The position numbers were made by a program, and so were the translations under genes. 49,468 nucleotides of DNA from an archaeon (GTDB taxonomy: Archaea > Thermoproteota > QMWL01). Shown piece after piece: positions 25,452 through 35,138 of the stretch (positions are counted from its first letter, which is position 1; the number at the start of each line of letters is the position of its first letter). A model generated the notes under the pieces. That model was not told the origin of the DNA and ran no database searches. It saw only the letters and a list, made by a program, of their open reading frames with translations. The stretch is taken from positions 1-49,468 of the forward strand of contig QMWL02000001.1 in the NCBI GenBank assembly GCA_003661605.2. The letters run 5' to 3'.

Positions 25452-26211
25452 CACGCCGCAGCCCGCGCTTTCTAACCTCTACTCCTTTCATCGAGGGTTC
25501 ACTGCCTTTCTCCAAGACCTCCGTCGGCATCCTCAGATTGAAGTGTGGGAGTTAATAGACGATGGTCCTCTCGCTTTAGACGATGCAAGAATTCGGGTTC
25601 TCCGTCGTACTCAGCGGCAATTTAATGTACATGCCCCCTTCACGGAAATCGATCTTTCAAGCGCAGATCCGAGCATACGCAACTCCTCCATTAAGAGAAT
25701 CCAAAACTCCATCGCACACGCAGCCGCTCTTGACGCAGGACTAGTAGTGGTGCATCCAGTACTGCGCTATGAAACCGGATCCGCTGGAATCCACAGGGAG
25801 CTGTTTCAGGAAGCGATTCTTGAAATCAGGGACTTCGCGGTAGAACACGGTGTCGCCTTCACAATCGAAAACCTACTCCCCCGAACCAGCCCTCCGCACT
25901 CAACTCCAGAGGGCATCGCCGCTCTTCTTCACGACCTAGGTTCGAACGCGTGGCTGACGTTCGATACAGGGCACGCACACGTTGCGGGAAATCTGCAGAC
26001 CTTCCTCACACACCTCGCGGATCGCATTCTTAACATGCACATCAGCGACAACGACGGCTCGTGGGATCAGCACCGTGCTGTTGGGAGGGGGAACATTCCG
26101 TGGACTATAGTACGCAAAGCTATCGCACACATGCCTAACCTCCGTTTTCTGACTGCTGAAGTGGAAGAACAGCCCTTCTTAACTTTCTATGAAGTCGCCT
26201 CCTGGCGCTGA
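25438..26211 (+). CDS. Xylose-isomerase-like TIM-barrel protein (sugar phosphate isomerase/epimerase / AP endonuclease 2 fold)
   Basis: HAPFTEIDLSSADPSIRNSSI, LVVVHP, FTIENL, and HISDNDGSWDQHRAVGRGNIPW metal-ligand pattern. Confidence 0.7.
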   Translation: MKSASTPQPALSNLYSFHRGFTAFLQDLRRHPQIEVWELIDDGPLALDDARIRVLRRTQRQFNVHAPFTEIDLSSADPSIRNSSIKRIQNSIAHAAALDAGLVVVHPVLRYETGSAGIHRELFQEAILEIRDFAVEHGVAFTIENLLPRTSPPHSTPEGIAALLHDLGSNAWLTFDTGHAHVAGNLQTFLTHLADRILNMHISDNDGSWDQHRAVGRGNIPWTIVRKAIAHMPNLRFLTAEVEEQPFLTFYEVASWR

Positions 26212-27164
26212 CGGCTTCGACGCCACTTCTTCAGCTCCGTAAACGAAATCCCCTCTCGAGTCAGGTGGATAACCATACCATCGTATGCATACACCGTGTT
26301 TACGCCGACAGACATAGCCTCTTGAAGATGCGGTAGTGGATCTTTGTACCTCGAACTGAGGTGAGTCATCACTAGCAACCGCACACCCGCTCGTTGCGCA
26401 AACTCAGCCACTCCTCGAGCAGTACCGTGTCCCTCCGCCGCTGCGCGATCGGCGAGATCCGATGTAAAAGTCGTATCGTGTATCAGCACATCGACTCCTC
26501 TTACAAAGTCAAGATTCCCTTCGTCAACCGCAGTATCCACCAGATATGCTATGCTAAGCGGCTTCGGTGGTGGCTCCGTTACTTGCTCTGGGCGAACAAC
26601 TCTACCATCAGGAAGTCGTACGGATTTACCTTCCTTTAACTGCTTCCAAAGAGGGCCTTCCGGAACCCCTAACCGCCGTGCCTCCTCAGGTTTGAACCTC
26701 CCTGTAACCACACGCTCCTCAACCTTGTAGCCTAGAGTAGGGACTCCGTGCTTTAGCCACTTTGCGTACAAGCGGTAGCGGTGAGACTCAAAAACCAACC
26801 CTTCGGTGTAAATCTCGATGGTTAGTATTGGGAAAGTTAAGCGGAAAGCTGCACCTCGTAAAACCCCCGCAATTAGATCGCTCAAACCAGGTGGTCCATA
26901 CACTTCAAGAGGAGCTGTACGCTTCTGCATAGACATCGTTTGCAAGAAGGGGAAAAGTCCGAGAACATGATCGCCGTGTAGGTGCGTTATGAACACTCGT
27001 CGTAGCCCTGCAATACCGAGTCCAAAACCTAACACTCGTCGCTGAACGCCTTCTCCTGTATCGAACAGAAGGATCTCTCCATTAACTCTGACAGCGATAG
27101 ACGATGGATACCTACCTGGTTGCGGTATCGCCCCGCCAGACCCTAAAACGATGATGGTAAACAC
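26187..27164 (-). CDS. rnz: Ribonuclease Z (tRNA 3' endonuclease)
   Basis: IIVLGSGGAIP, LLFDTGEG, and ITHLHGDHVLGL (metallo-beta-lactamase HxHxDH), with a flexible-arm insert. Confidence 0.9.
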   Translation of the reverse strand: MFTIIVLGSGGAIPQPGRYPSSIAVRVNGEILLFDTGEGVQRRVLGFGLGIAGLRRVFITHLHGDHVLGLFPFLQTMSMQKRTAPLEVYGPPGLSDLIAGVLRGAAFRLTFPILTIEIYTEGLVFESHRYRLYAKWLKHGVPTLGYKVEERVVTGRFKPEEARRLGVPEGPLWKQLKEGKSVRLPDGRVVRPEQVTEPPPKPLSIAYLVDTAVDEGNLDFVRGVDVLIHDTTFTSDLADRAAAEGHGTARGVAEFAQRAGVRLLVMTHLSSRYKDPLPHLQEAMSVGVNTVYAYDGMVIHLTREGISFTELKKWRRSRQRQEATS

Positions 27165-27198
27165 GCCGCCACCTCACACAAACGATAACTACCTTAGC

Positions 27199-28227
27199 CT
27201 ACATGTTCCTCAGGATAACAAACCGTCGTGTAAGCCCTCCGTGAACGTACTGCAACCCTTCCCAAACGTACTCAAGATCTGCTTCTGCTGCAAGTACTCG
27301 AACTGGAAGCTCCTGGGGAGCCGCTACTACAGCGTACCCCCTATGTCTAAGAACGCCCCTGAGCTGAGTGAATAACTTCCTAAGAAGCTCCCTTAGCGTT
27401 GCCCCCCATGTAGAAGCATGCCGCCCGTAGGGCGGATCTGTAGCAACTCCGTCAGCCGATCTCACAGGCAAGTAGCGGGCGTCTCCTCGAACAACTTCCG
27501 CGTGTAAGCCATACATCTTAAGGTTCTCGATGGATCCGCGGACCATGCGTGGATCTAGGTCTACTCCTAGTGGCTTAACCCCTAGAAGAGCGGCTTCGAT
27601 GAGAACTCCTCCAGTACCGCAGAAGGGATCAAGCAGCAAGTCTCCCTTCTTGACCCGTGCAACATTTACCATCCACCGATTTGTTATGGGGTCCATCGCT
27701 GCAGGGTGCCGAAACTTTCGGTACTTAGGGCATCTTTGTTTGAAGAACTTAGCCCGAATCTCCCCCTTCTTCCTAGCCACGACCACCCACTGCTTCGATA
27801 TCACGACAAAGAGCCTACAGTCTGGTCTAGCAGCAGAGACCCGCTTTCCTGTTTGGAAAAGTATCTGCTTACCTAGTTCCTGAAGTACAGTCATTAAACG
27901 CGTATCCGCGGTTTGCTTCCGGTCGACCCTTACTCCCTCTAAGTAGTACGTTCTGCTGTCTCCCATCAATGCGTCGAAATCGAGCTGCTGCAGAGTCGAT
28001 GGAAAGGGGAGGCGAGGCACAATCTGTACTCCAATACCTACCACCCGTACCAAGGCTGCACGCTGGAGTACGATATCCGCTAACCATGATCGGGACCTAG
28101 CGATCAAAAATCTCTGATGGCTAACAACGGGTTCCAGTTCTAATCCGTATACTTCGGCTAGTGCTCGCACTTCTTCTGCTCCAAAGCTCGGTCGGTCGCC
28201 GGGAAACAGAAAGAGCAGCGTTTCCAA
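27199..28227 (-). CDS. THUMP-domain tRNA (guanine10-N2)-methyltransferase (archaeal Trm11/Trm-G10)
   Basis: N-terminal THUMP-like region, LLDPFCGTGGVLIEA (SAM motif I), and VATDPPYG (motif IV). Confidence 0.8.
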   Translation of the reverse strand: METLLFLFPGDRPSFGAEEVRALAEVYGLELEPVVSHQRFLIARSRSWLADIVLQRAALVRVVGIGVQIVPRLPFPSTLQQLDFDALMGDSRTYYLEGVRVDRKQTADTRLMTVLQELGKQILFQTGKRVSAARPDCRLFVVISKQWVVVARKKGEIRAKFFKQRCPKYRKFRHPAAMDPITNRWMVNVARVKKGDLLLDPFCGTGGVLIEAALLGVKPLGVDLDPRMVRGSIENLKMYGLHAEVVRGDARYLPVRSADGVATDPPYGRHASTWGATLRELLRKLFTQLRGVLRHRGYAVVAAPQELPVRVLAAEADLEYVWEGLQYVHGGLTRRFVILRNM

Positions 28228-28230
28228 CCT

Positions 28231-29142
28231 CTAGATACGACTCCGCACAGCACTAGCTAGTACCTCATCGATTTGAATGCACTTGGATAATGGGTGCTTC
28301 ATGCTTTCCGAAGCCGCTACGAAGGTAGCTCCCGCATCCAGTAAGCGCCTCACCGCGTTACTACCTCCTATCCAGTGAACACCCACCGCCGCCACCTCCT
28401 TCGCCCCATGTTGAAGAGCCATTTGAATCGCACGAGCCATAGTCCCCCCAGTACTCACAATGTCATCCACCACTACAACACGCCGACCTTTAATCGGAAG
28501 ATCAGTCCAGCGAACCGAGATCTTACCTGTATGAGGATCACGGTGCTTCTTCAAAGCTCCCGCTTGCGTATGAAGCGCAGCGGCCACCTGTCTGGCCCTA
28601 TCGAGGGCTCCTTCATCGGGGGCTAAAATGAACGCGTCCTCCCAGCCTTCTTTCCGAAGAAATGCTGCTACTGCTGGCGCTGCAGAAACTGCGTGTACTG
28701 GAAAGCCTGCCCGACCGATAACGCGTGGGTTATGCGGTTCTAATACGAAGACTTCAGAGACACCTACTGCGTGAAGCGCCTTTAGCACTGCTAACACGCT
28801 GATGGGTTCGCCCGGCAGTACTCGACGATCTTGACGTGCATAAGCTAGGTATGGTATGACTGCATAGACCGCTCTCGCTCCCGCTCCTTGTACTGCATCG
28901 ACTGCGATTAGCAACTCCACTAGTCGTTGATTCTGAGGCGCAGCTAACCCATACACAATGAGAACTTCTTCTCTCAGATCTGTAGGTACGCGAACGTACA
29001 CTTCACCATCAGGGAAAACCTTGTGCTCCAGCCGCACGAAAACCGCATCAAGCTGTCTCGCTACCCTCTCCCCCAGCGAGCAGTACCAGTTCCATGAAAC
29101 AACGCTCCACCTACTATCCGCTCCTTCTCCAACCACCACCAA
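28231..29142 (-). CDS. prs: Ribose-phosphate pyrophosphokinase
   Basis: FPDGEVYVRV, ARQDRR, and the PRPP-binding loop VVVVDDIVSTGGTMA. Confidence 0.88.
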   Translation of the reverse strand: MVVVGEGADSRWSVVSWNWYCSLGERVARQLDAVFVRLEHKVFPDGEVYVRVPTDLREEVLIVYGLAAPQNQRLVELLIAVDAVQGAGARAVYAVIPYLAYARQDRRVLPGEPISVLAVLKALHAVGVSEVFVLEPHNPRVIGRAGFPVHAVSAAPAVAAFLRKEGWEDAFILAPDEGALDRARQVAAALHTQAGALKKHRDPHTGKISVRWTDLPIKGRRVVVVDDIVSTGGTMARAIQMALQHGAKEVAAVGVHWIGGSNAVRRLLDAGATFVAASESMKHPLSKCIQIDEVLASAVRSRI

Positions 29143-29177
29143 CGCGCTTACAACCTACATCAAGGGTTTTAGGCAAA

Positions 29178-29819
29178 GTGCTACGATTTCCTGTGATCCC
29201 TAGAGACCTACTTCAGGAATTCCAACGGGTAGGTGCACTCCTGTCTCAATACGGGCTTGTGCGTGGATCTGGTGGGAACCTTAGTGTACGCATTGACGCT
29301 AATCGTATCGTTATCACAAGACATGGTTCGTGCTTAGAGAGTCTCCAAGAAGCAGACCTGATCATCGTCTCTATCGACGAAAAACCCCCAGCCGAGGCGT
29401 CCATGGACACTATAATTCACCAAGAGATATACAGACAAACGAATGCGCACGCCATAGTTCACGCACACCCTCCTCACGTAGTCGCGCTCTCCCTGTTCCT
29501 AGAGGATATCGAGCCGCTTGACACCGAAGGATCCCTGATCTTCGGATCCGTTAAGGTTGTAGAAGCACCTCCGGGATCTGCCGAGCTCGCAAAGCTAGTA
29601 GCAAACACGCTGCACAACCACAAGATAGTTGTTGTTCGAGCGCACGGAACCTACACAGCAACCCCAACCCTACTTGAGGGCTACCATCTCACCCGAGCAT
29701 TGGACTATTCCTGCCAAGTATGCCTCCTCGCCTATACGCTCTTTCAAGTCAGTAAGGTTCGTCGCATACTCAGGAGGTTGATTTCTAATAAGACAGGGAG
29801 GTACGATTGGGTCGTGTAA
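29178..29819 (+). CDS. Class II aldolase/adducin-domain protein (fuculose-1-P aldolase / MTRu-1-P dehydratase-like)
   Basis: GSGGNLSVR and IVHAHPPHVVALS metal-binding His pattern. The listed ORF starts at 29094 inside prs. The in-frame GTG at 29178 avoids the overlap. Confidence 0.75.
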   Translation: MLRFPVIPRDLLQEFQRVGALLSQYGLVRGSGGNLSVRIDANRIVITRHGSCLESLQEADLIIVSIDEKPPAEASMDTIIHQEIYRQTNAHAIVHAHPPHVVALSLFLEDIEPLDTEGSLIFGSVKVVEAPPGSAELAKLVANTLHNHKIVVVRAHGTYTATPTLLEGYHLTRALDYSCQVCLLAYTLFQVSKVRRILRRLISNKTGRYDWVV

Positions 29820-29865
29820 CAACACCCCCGCTAACCTTAAGCTAGCAGCCACACCCGCGCCCCGA

Positions 29866-31266
29866 ATGGAGAAACCTAGGTCCTCCGTCGTTGAACAACT
29901 ACGACCGCTCTTCCGGCCTCGAACAGTTGCAGTAGTTGGTGCGTCTCGCAAACCTGAGAAGATTGGATACCAAGTAGTGCGCAACCTGATGGAAGGCGGC
30001 TTTCCTCGGGATCGCATCTTTCCAATAAACCCCTATGCTGACGAAATTCTCGGTCTTAAGGCATATCCCTCTGTAAAAGACGTTCCTGAAGAAGTCGATC
30101 TCGCTGTTATTTGTGTACCTGCTCGTATTGTCTTTGACGTAGTGCGTGATTGTGGAGAGAAGGGCGTGAAAGCGATTGCAATGATTACAGCTGGCTTCGG
30201 TGAAGTTGGTAACGTAGAGGAAGAGCGGCGCTTGGTCGAACTAGTTCGATCCTACGGTATGCGGCTGCTAGGTCCAAACATAGTAGGTGTTTGCGATACG
30301 GTTAATCGGATGAACGCCAGCTTCTGCCAAGCGCTTCCACCCCCGGGAGATATTGCATTCATCACACAGAGTGGAGCGCTCGGTATCGCACTCGTGGGAT
30401 GGACTATCATGGAGCGCATCGGGCTCAGTGACTTAGTTAGCGTCGGAAACAAAGCTGATGTCGATGACGCAGACTTACTGGAGTTCTTCGCACACGATCC
30501 TCACACACGCGCTATCGCGCTATACATCGAAGGCGTCAAGAACGGTCGCCGCTTCTTCGAAACCGCGCGCCGCGTATCAAAGCAGAAGCCGATCGTTGCG
30601 CTAAAAGCTGGACGCTCTGAACGAGGCGCTGCAGCTGCAGCATCCCACACTGGCGCTTTAGCAGGCGCAGATCGTATCTACGATGCTGCGTTTCAGCAAT
30701 CTGGTATCATCCGCGCGTATACCATCGACCAGCTCTTCGACTGGTGCATTGCGTTAGCCTCGCAACCCCCTCCACGAAAACGTCCCGTTGTAATCGTCAC
30801 GAATGGCGGTGGTGCGGGTGTAATGGCAACGGATGCTTGTGCAGACTACGGGTTGGCTCTCGAAGATCCGCCTGACGACCTCAAGAACGTGTTCCGTCAA
30901 TACATGCCTCCCTTCGGAAGTACACGAAACCCCATTGATCTCACAGGCATGGCACGTCGAGACGAGTACTACGGAGCTGTGCTAACCGCTCTTCAGCACA
31001 GTTGGGTTGGAGCTGTAATCGTCCTTTACTGCCATACCGCCATCACCACCCCTCGAGAAGTAGCGGATGCGATCCTTGACGCAATCCGCCAAGCTAAGGT
31101 TGACAAGCCTGTAACCGTCAGCTTCATCGGAGGGGCAGAGGCTGATGAAGCAAGCGATTACCTCCGACAAAACCGCGTTCCCTGCTATCCAACTCCTGAG
31201 CGCGCAGTAGCAGCGATGGGCGCGCTTTACCGTAGAGCAGAATACCTAGGGCTCCTTCGCGACTAA
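29866..31266 (+). CDS. acdA: Acetyl-CoA synthetase (ADP-forming), alpha subunit
   Basis: CoA-binding VAVVGASRKPEKIGYQVVRNL, ITQSGALGIAL, and the phospho-His region ASHTGALAG. 466 aa. Confidence 0.88.
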   Translation: MEKPRSSVVEQLRPLFRPRTVAVVGASRKPEKIGYQVVRNLMEGGFPRDRIFPINPYADEILGLKAYPSVKDVPEEVDLAVICVPARIVFDVVRDCGEKGVKAIAMITAGFGEVGNVEEERRLVELVRSYGMRLLGPNIVGVCDTVNRMNASFCQALPPPGDIAFITQSGALGIALVGWTIMERIGLSDLVSVGNKADVDDADLLEFFAHDPHTRAIALYIEGVKNGRRFFETARRVSKQKPIVALKAGRSERGAAAAASHTGALAGADRIYDAAFQQSGIIRAYTIDQLFDWCIALASQPPPRKRPVVIVTNGGGAGVMATDACADYGLALEDPPDDLKNVFRQYMPPFGSTRNPIDLTGMARRDEYYGAVLTALQHSWVGAVIVLYCHTAITTPREVADAILDAIRQAKVDKPVTVSFIGGAEADEASDYLRQNRVPCYPTPERAVAAMGALYRRAEYLGLLRD

Positions 31267-31307
31267 ACGGTTCGGAAACCGTATTTACTACCACACAATA
31301 CATCTTT

Positions 31308-32372
31308 GTGCAAAAGAATAGAGTAGAAGCTCGCCTATACGAGAAGCTATCTGGTAATCAAGTGCGTTGCAATCTCTGCCCCCGCCGCTGCATCATACCT
31401 GACGGTGGAAGGGGGTTCTGTGAAGTTAGAGAGAACCAAGGTGGAACGCTCTACACACTTGTATATGGTCAGGTATCTTCTATGGCTGTAGATCCGATCG
31501 AAAAAAAGCCTCTCTTTCACTTCTGGCCAGGTAGCGCTACTTTCTCCATCGCTACACTCTCCTGTAACTTACGCTGCATCTTCTGTCAAAACTGGCAACT
31601 AGCTCATAGTGGTCCTGATAGCGCCTTTACCAGTTATGCTGAGCCTAGGGAGATCGTTTCACTTGCACAACGCTATCGCTGCGAATCCATATCCTACACC
31701 TACAACGAGCCTGTTATCTGGTTTGAGTACATTCTCGATGTTGCAAAGCTCGCTAAGCAGAGCGGATTACTCAACGTGCTAGTCACCAACGCCTACATAA
31801 CCGAGGACGGTGTATCCGAACTCGCCCCCTACGTGGATGCAGCAGCTGCAGACCTCAAAGCATTCACCGATCGTTTTTACCAGAAACTATGCCATGGCGC
31901 ACACTTACAGCCTGTTCTCGATGCGCTTGTTGCCATGAAAGAACGCGACATACACGTAGAGATTATCAACCTGATAATACCCGGTTGGAACGATAGCCCT
32001 GATGAAACGCGCAAACTCTGTAGATGGGTCCGCGATAACCTAGGACCAGATACCCCCTTGCACTTCTCAAGATTCTTTCCTCACTACCAGATGGTCAACA
32101 CACCCCCAACCCCCCTCAAAACTCTCATGCGTGCTCGAACCATCGCTCAAGAAGAAGGTCTTCACTACGTATTTGTCGGTAATGCCCCCGGTCTCGCTGA
32201 GGACACGCTATGCCCCAACTGCGGTCAGCCTGTAATTCGCCGATACGGCTTTGATGTTGTTGAAGTAAACCTTACTGAAGACAATGCGTGTAAGTTCTGC
32301 CAGCATCCTATACCCATACGTGGTCGGGCTCGGTCCTCTAGCTTTAGCCACCGCTTCTATCCGTTTATCTAA
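31308..32372 (+). CDS. AmmeMemoRadiSam-type radical SAM enzyme (PflA-like)
   Basis: VRCNLCPRRCIIPDGGRGFCEVREN, DPIEKKPLFHFWPGS, and CNLRCIFCQNW (CxxxCxxC). C-terminal CPNCG...CKFC. Confidence 0.8.
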   Translation: MQKNRVEARLYEKLSGNQVRCNLCPRRCIIPDGGRGFCEVRENQGGTLYTLVYGQVSSMAVDPIEKKPLFHFWPGSATFSIATLSCNLRCIFCQNWQLAHSGPDSAFTSYAEPREIVSLAQRYRCESISYTYNEPVIWFEYILDVAKLAKQSGLLNVLVTNAYITEDGVSELAPYVDAAAADLKAFTDRFYQKLCHGAHLQPVLDALVAMKERDIHVEIINLIIPGWNDSPDETRKLCRWVRDNLGPDTPLHFSRFFPHYQMVNTPPTPLKTLMRARTIAQEEGLHYVFVGNAPGLAEDTLCPNCGQPVIRRYGFDVVEVNLTEDNACKFCQHPIPIRGRARSSSFSHRFYPFI

Positions 32373-32419
32373 CGCGTCATCATAGCGTTTATTTGCTTCG
32401 ATTCTGCTAACTAACGAGC

Positions 32420-33505
32420 TTGTGGTTCCTCCGACCTGACGCCATTGCTGTCCTGAAAGATAAGCGTGCGCGCGCTAGCCTTTCCCGCTATTTTGCTATC
32501 ATGGAAAACCGCCTACCAGCTCGCTTTCGCGTCATGAAGGCCGTCTCCGTTGACTTTTCTCCAGACGATCCTCTGAAGGACCTATGGCATAAGCACGACC
32601 AAGCGCTCTCTGAATTTGTTAAGCTAGATCAGGAGGTTTGCGAGCGAGGAAAACCGGAAGCACCCGATCCAGCATCTCCCTCACTTCTCGACTTAAAGCA
32701 TGCAATCGCTTTACGCCTGCTTGAAAGCTGTCGTTTCTGCCCTCGCTACTGTGGTGTCAACCGTCGTGCTGGACAACGTGGCTACTGCCAGCTAGGTGAT
32801 CAAATCCTCGTCTCCACGGCCTTCGACCACTGGGGAGAAGAACCCGAGTTAGTTCCCAGCTTTACCGTCTTCACGATAGGGTGCAACCTCCGCTGCCTTC
32901 ATTGTCAGAACTGGACCATAAGCCAGCGCTTTGAATCAGGTACCCCCTACACCCCCAGGGAAATCGCCTTCATGGTCGACAAAGCACGTCGTGAAGGCTG
33001 TCGTAACCTCAACATGGTTGGTGGCGACCCTACCCCATGGCTACACGCTTGGCTGGAGGTCTCCAAGTACCTAAAGACTAACATCCCTCTGGTTTGGAAC
33101 TCTAACTCATACTATAGCGAAGAGACAGCGAAGCTCCTCGCTGGGTGGATAGACGTTTACCTCCTGGACTTCAAGTACGGCAACGACACTTGCGCAAAAC
33201 GCATTTCCGACGCTCCCGGCTACTGGGAAGTCTGCACTCGTAACCATCTGATAGCTAAAAAGTGGGGCGAGCTCATTATTCGAATCCTCGTCCTTCCTCA
33301 ACACCTCGACTGCTGCCTTGTTCCCATCCTAGAATGGATTGCAAATAACCTCGGTCGTGATGTTCGCGTAAACATCATGTTCCAGTACCGTCCTGAATGG
33401 CGGGCTCACGAAATACCCGAACTTCGGCGGCGATTAACACGCCAAGAAATGCAGCGTGCAGTCGAAGAAGCCAAGCGAGTAGGGCTTACGAACTACATTA
33501 CCTAA
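32420..33505 (+). CDS. Radical SAM protein, PflX-like (COG1313-type)
   Basis: CRFCPRYCGVNRRAGQRGYCQ, HWGEEPELV, and GCNLRCLHCQNW (CxxxCxxC). TTG start. Confidence 0.7.
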   Translation: MWFLRPDAIAVLKDKRARASLSRYFAIMENRLPARFRVMKAVSVDFSPDDPLKDLWHKHDQALSEFVKLDQEVCERGKPEAPDPASPSLLDLKHAIALRLLESCRFCPRYCGVNRRAGQRGYCQLGDQILVSTAFDHWGEEPELVPSFTVFTIGCNLRCLHCQNWTISQRFESGTPYTPREIAFMVDKARREGCRNLNMVGGDPTPWLHAWLEVSKYLKTNIPLVWNSNSYYSEETAKLLAGWIDVYLLDFKYGNDTCAKRISDAPGYWEVCTRNHLIAKKWGELIIRILVLPQHLDCCLVPILEWIANNLGRDVRVNIMFQYRPEWRAHEIPELRRRLTRQEMQRAVEEAKRVGLTNYIT

Positions 33506-33539
33506 GCTAATGTTAAGTACGCCTTACGGCTGCTTTTAG

Positions 33540-33794
33540 GTGGCTGAGCGAACCAAGTCATCGTCCTCCACACGCCGCTACTGCCCTGAGTGCGGCGGCG
33601 AACTTCTCTACGAACCCGAGACGCGCAACCTCGTATGCACTAGCTGCGGGCTTGTATACGATCGCTATCTTCTGATGCAGAAGCGCCGCGAGATCCGTGA
33701 AGCGATTGCTAAGTCCTTACGCGAACCTTCCAGCCCTGAACTAGAGCGTATCAAGAAGCGCCGCGAGTACCTGCAGTGGCTTATGGAGCAATAG
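33540..33794 (+). CDS. Small zinc-ribbon protein with a basic helical tail
   Basis: CPECGGELLYEPETRNLVCTSCG is a 4-Cys ribbon. 84 aa. Ends 4 nt before the GPN GTPase gene. Confidence 0.5.
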   Translation: MAERTKSSSSTRRYCPECGGELLYEPETRNLVCTSCGLVYDRYLLMQKRREIREAIAKSLREPSSPELERIKKRREYLQWLMEQ

Positions 33795-33798
33795 GGTC

Positions 33799-34566
33799 AT
33801 GGATACTGTATTCATCATCGGCATGGCAGGTTCAGGGAAGTCTCAGCTTACTGCTGCGCTCCGCACCTATCTGGATGAAGAGGGGATCGACGTACTGACC
33901 CTAAACCTCGATCCCGCCGTTCGCAACCTTCCGTACGTTCCAGATCTCGACGTACGTGACTACGTTTCCTATGATAAGCTTATGGAAGAGCAAGAACTAG
34001 GTCCTAACGCCGCACTTGTCGCGGTAATCGATCAGATAGCTTTGGAGATAGAGCGTATCGAACAACCACTCCTAGAGACTGAACCGCAGATAGTTCTCAT
34101 CGATACCCCCGGTCAGCTCGAGCTGTTTGCGTTCCGTCAGGCAGGCACATTCATAATGCAACACTTGCACGCTGAGCACAAAGCTGTGCTCTACATCTTC
34201 GACGCAATATTCTCCCGTTTGCCTCACAACTTCACCGCGAACCTCCTTCTTTCAACTGCTGCGCAGCTCGTCCACGGACTACCTCAGATCAACGTCCTTA
34301 ACAAGGTTGACATGCTTGAAGAAGAACAGGTCGAAGAGATGCTTGAGTGGGCACAGAACCCGCAGTCTCTATCAGAAGCCTTGCTCAACTTGCCAGAGCC
34401 TCGGCGCGTATACTTCACAGGAATTCATGAAGCAATCGACGAAGCAGGTCTCTACGTAGGGCTCGTTCCCGTATCCGCCCTCACTCTCTACAATATCTCT
34501 GGGCTCTACGCCGAGATCTCTCGTCTGTTTTACGGGGGAGAGATGGGGCCTAGCTACAGCCCCTAA
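33799..34566 (+). CDS. GPN-loop GTPase
   Basis: GMAGSGKS (G1), NLDPA, the GPN motif in ELGPNAALV, DTPGQLELF (G3), and LNKVD (G4). Confidence 0.88.
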   Translation: MDTVFIIGMAGSGKSQLTAALRTYLDEEGIDVLTLNLDPAVRNLPYVPDLDVRDYVSYDKLMEEQELGPNAALVAVIDQIALEIERIEQPLLETEPQIVLIDTPGQLELFAFRQAGTFIMQHLHAEHKAVLYIFDAIFSRLPHNFTANLLLSTAAQLVHGLPQINVLNKVDMLEEEQVEEMLEWAQNPQSLSEALLNLPEPRRVYFTGIHEAIDEAGLYVGLVPVSALTLYNISGLYAEISRLFYGGEMGPSYSP

Positions 34567-34567
34567 T

Positions 34568-35119
34568 ATGCACCGCGCGCTACGTATACCTCTCATCGCC
34601 ACCTTCTCAGCGCTCGCTATCGCTCTCAACTACGCCTTTGCTGCAATCCCCAACGTCCAGTTGTTCGACTTCATCGTATACCTCACTGCCTTCTCCTTCG
34701 GATTTGACATAGGGGCTGGAGTTGCTGTTGTAACATGGCTGGTATACGGGTACCTGAATCCATGGGGGTTCTTTCTCCCGATCCTTGCTGCAACTACTGT
34801 ATCAGAACCAATCTACGCCATCGCCGGAACTGCTGCGGCACGAAGCCCTCGCCTATGGAAGCAGACCCGCATCGCGGCTTTAGTTCATGCGCTCAACGCT
34901 TTGTGGACGACTCTCGTCTACGATTTGCTAACTGCCTCCGCTTATGCACTGGTTTTCCACGTTCCACTACTCGCTGCACTTCTAGCTCAAATTCCCTTCA
35001 CGATCCTACATCTAGCTGCAAACATACCTCTCTTTTCACTCACTCCTCTCATAGCAAGCTACCTCGACCGATCCCTCCCCGCTGGCTTAGTCCGTAAACC
35101 AGCTAACAGCTCTATATAG
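34568..35119 (+). CDS. Polytopic membrane protein, possibly an ECF-transporter S-component-like protein
   Basis: About 5-6 hydrophobic segments. The N-terminal IPLIATFSALAIALNYAF...IPNVQLFDFIVYLTAFSFG resembles S-component architecture. The assignment is tentative. Confidence 0.4.
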   Translation: MHRALRIPLIATFSALAIALNYAFAAIPNVQLFDFIVYLTAFSFGFDIGAGVAVVTWLVYGYLNPWGFFLPILAATTVSEPIYAIAGTAAARSPRLWKQTRIAALVHALNALWTTLVYDLLTASAYALVFHVPLLAALLAQIPFTILHLAANIPLFSLTPLIASYLDRSLPAGLVRKPANSSI

Positions 35120-35138
35120 CAACCTGAAGCATCCCGCA

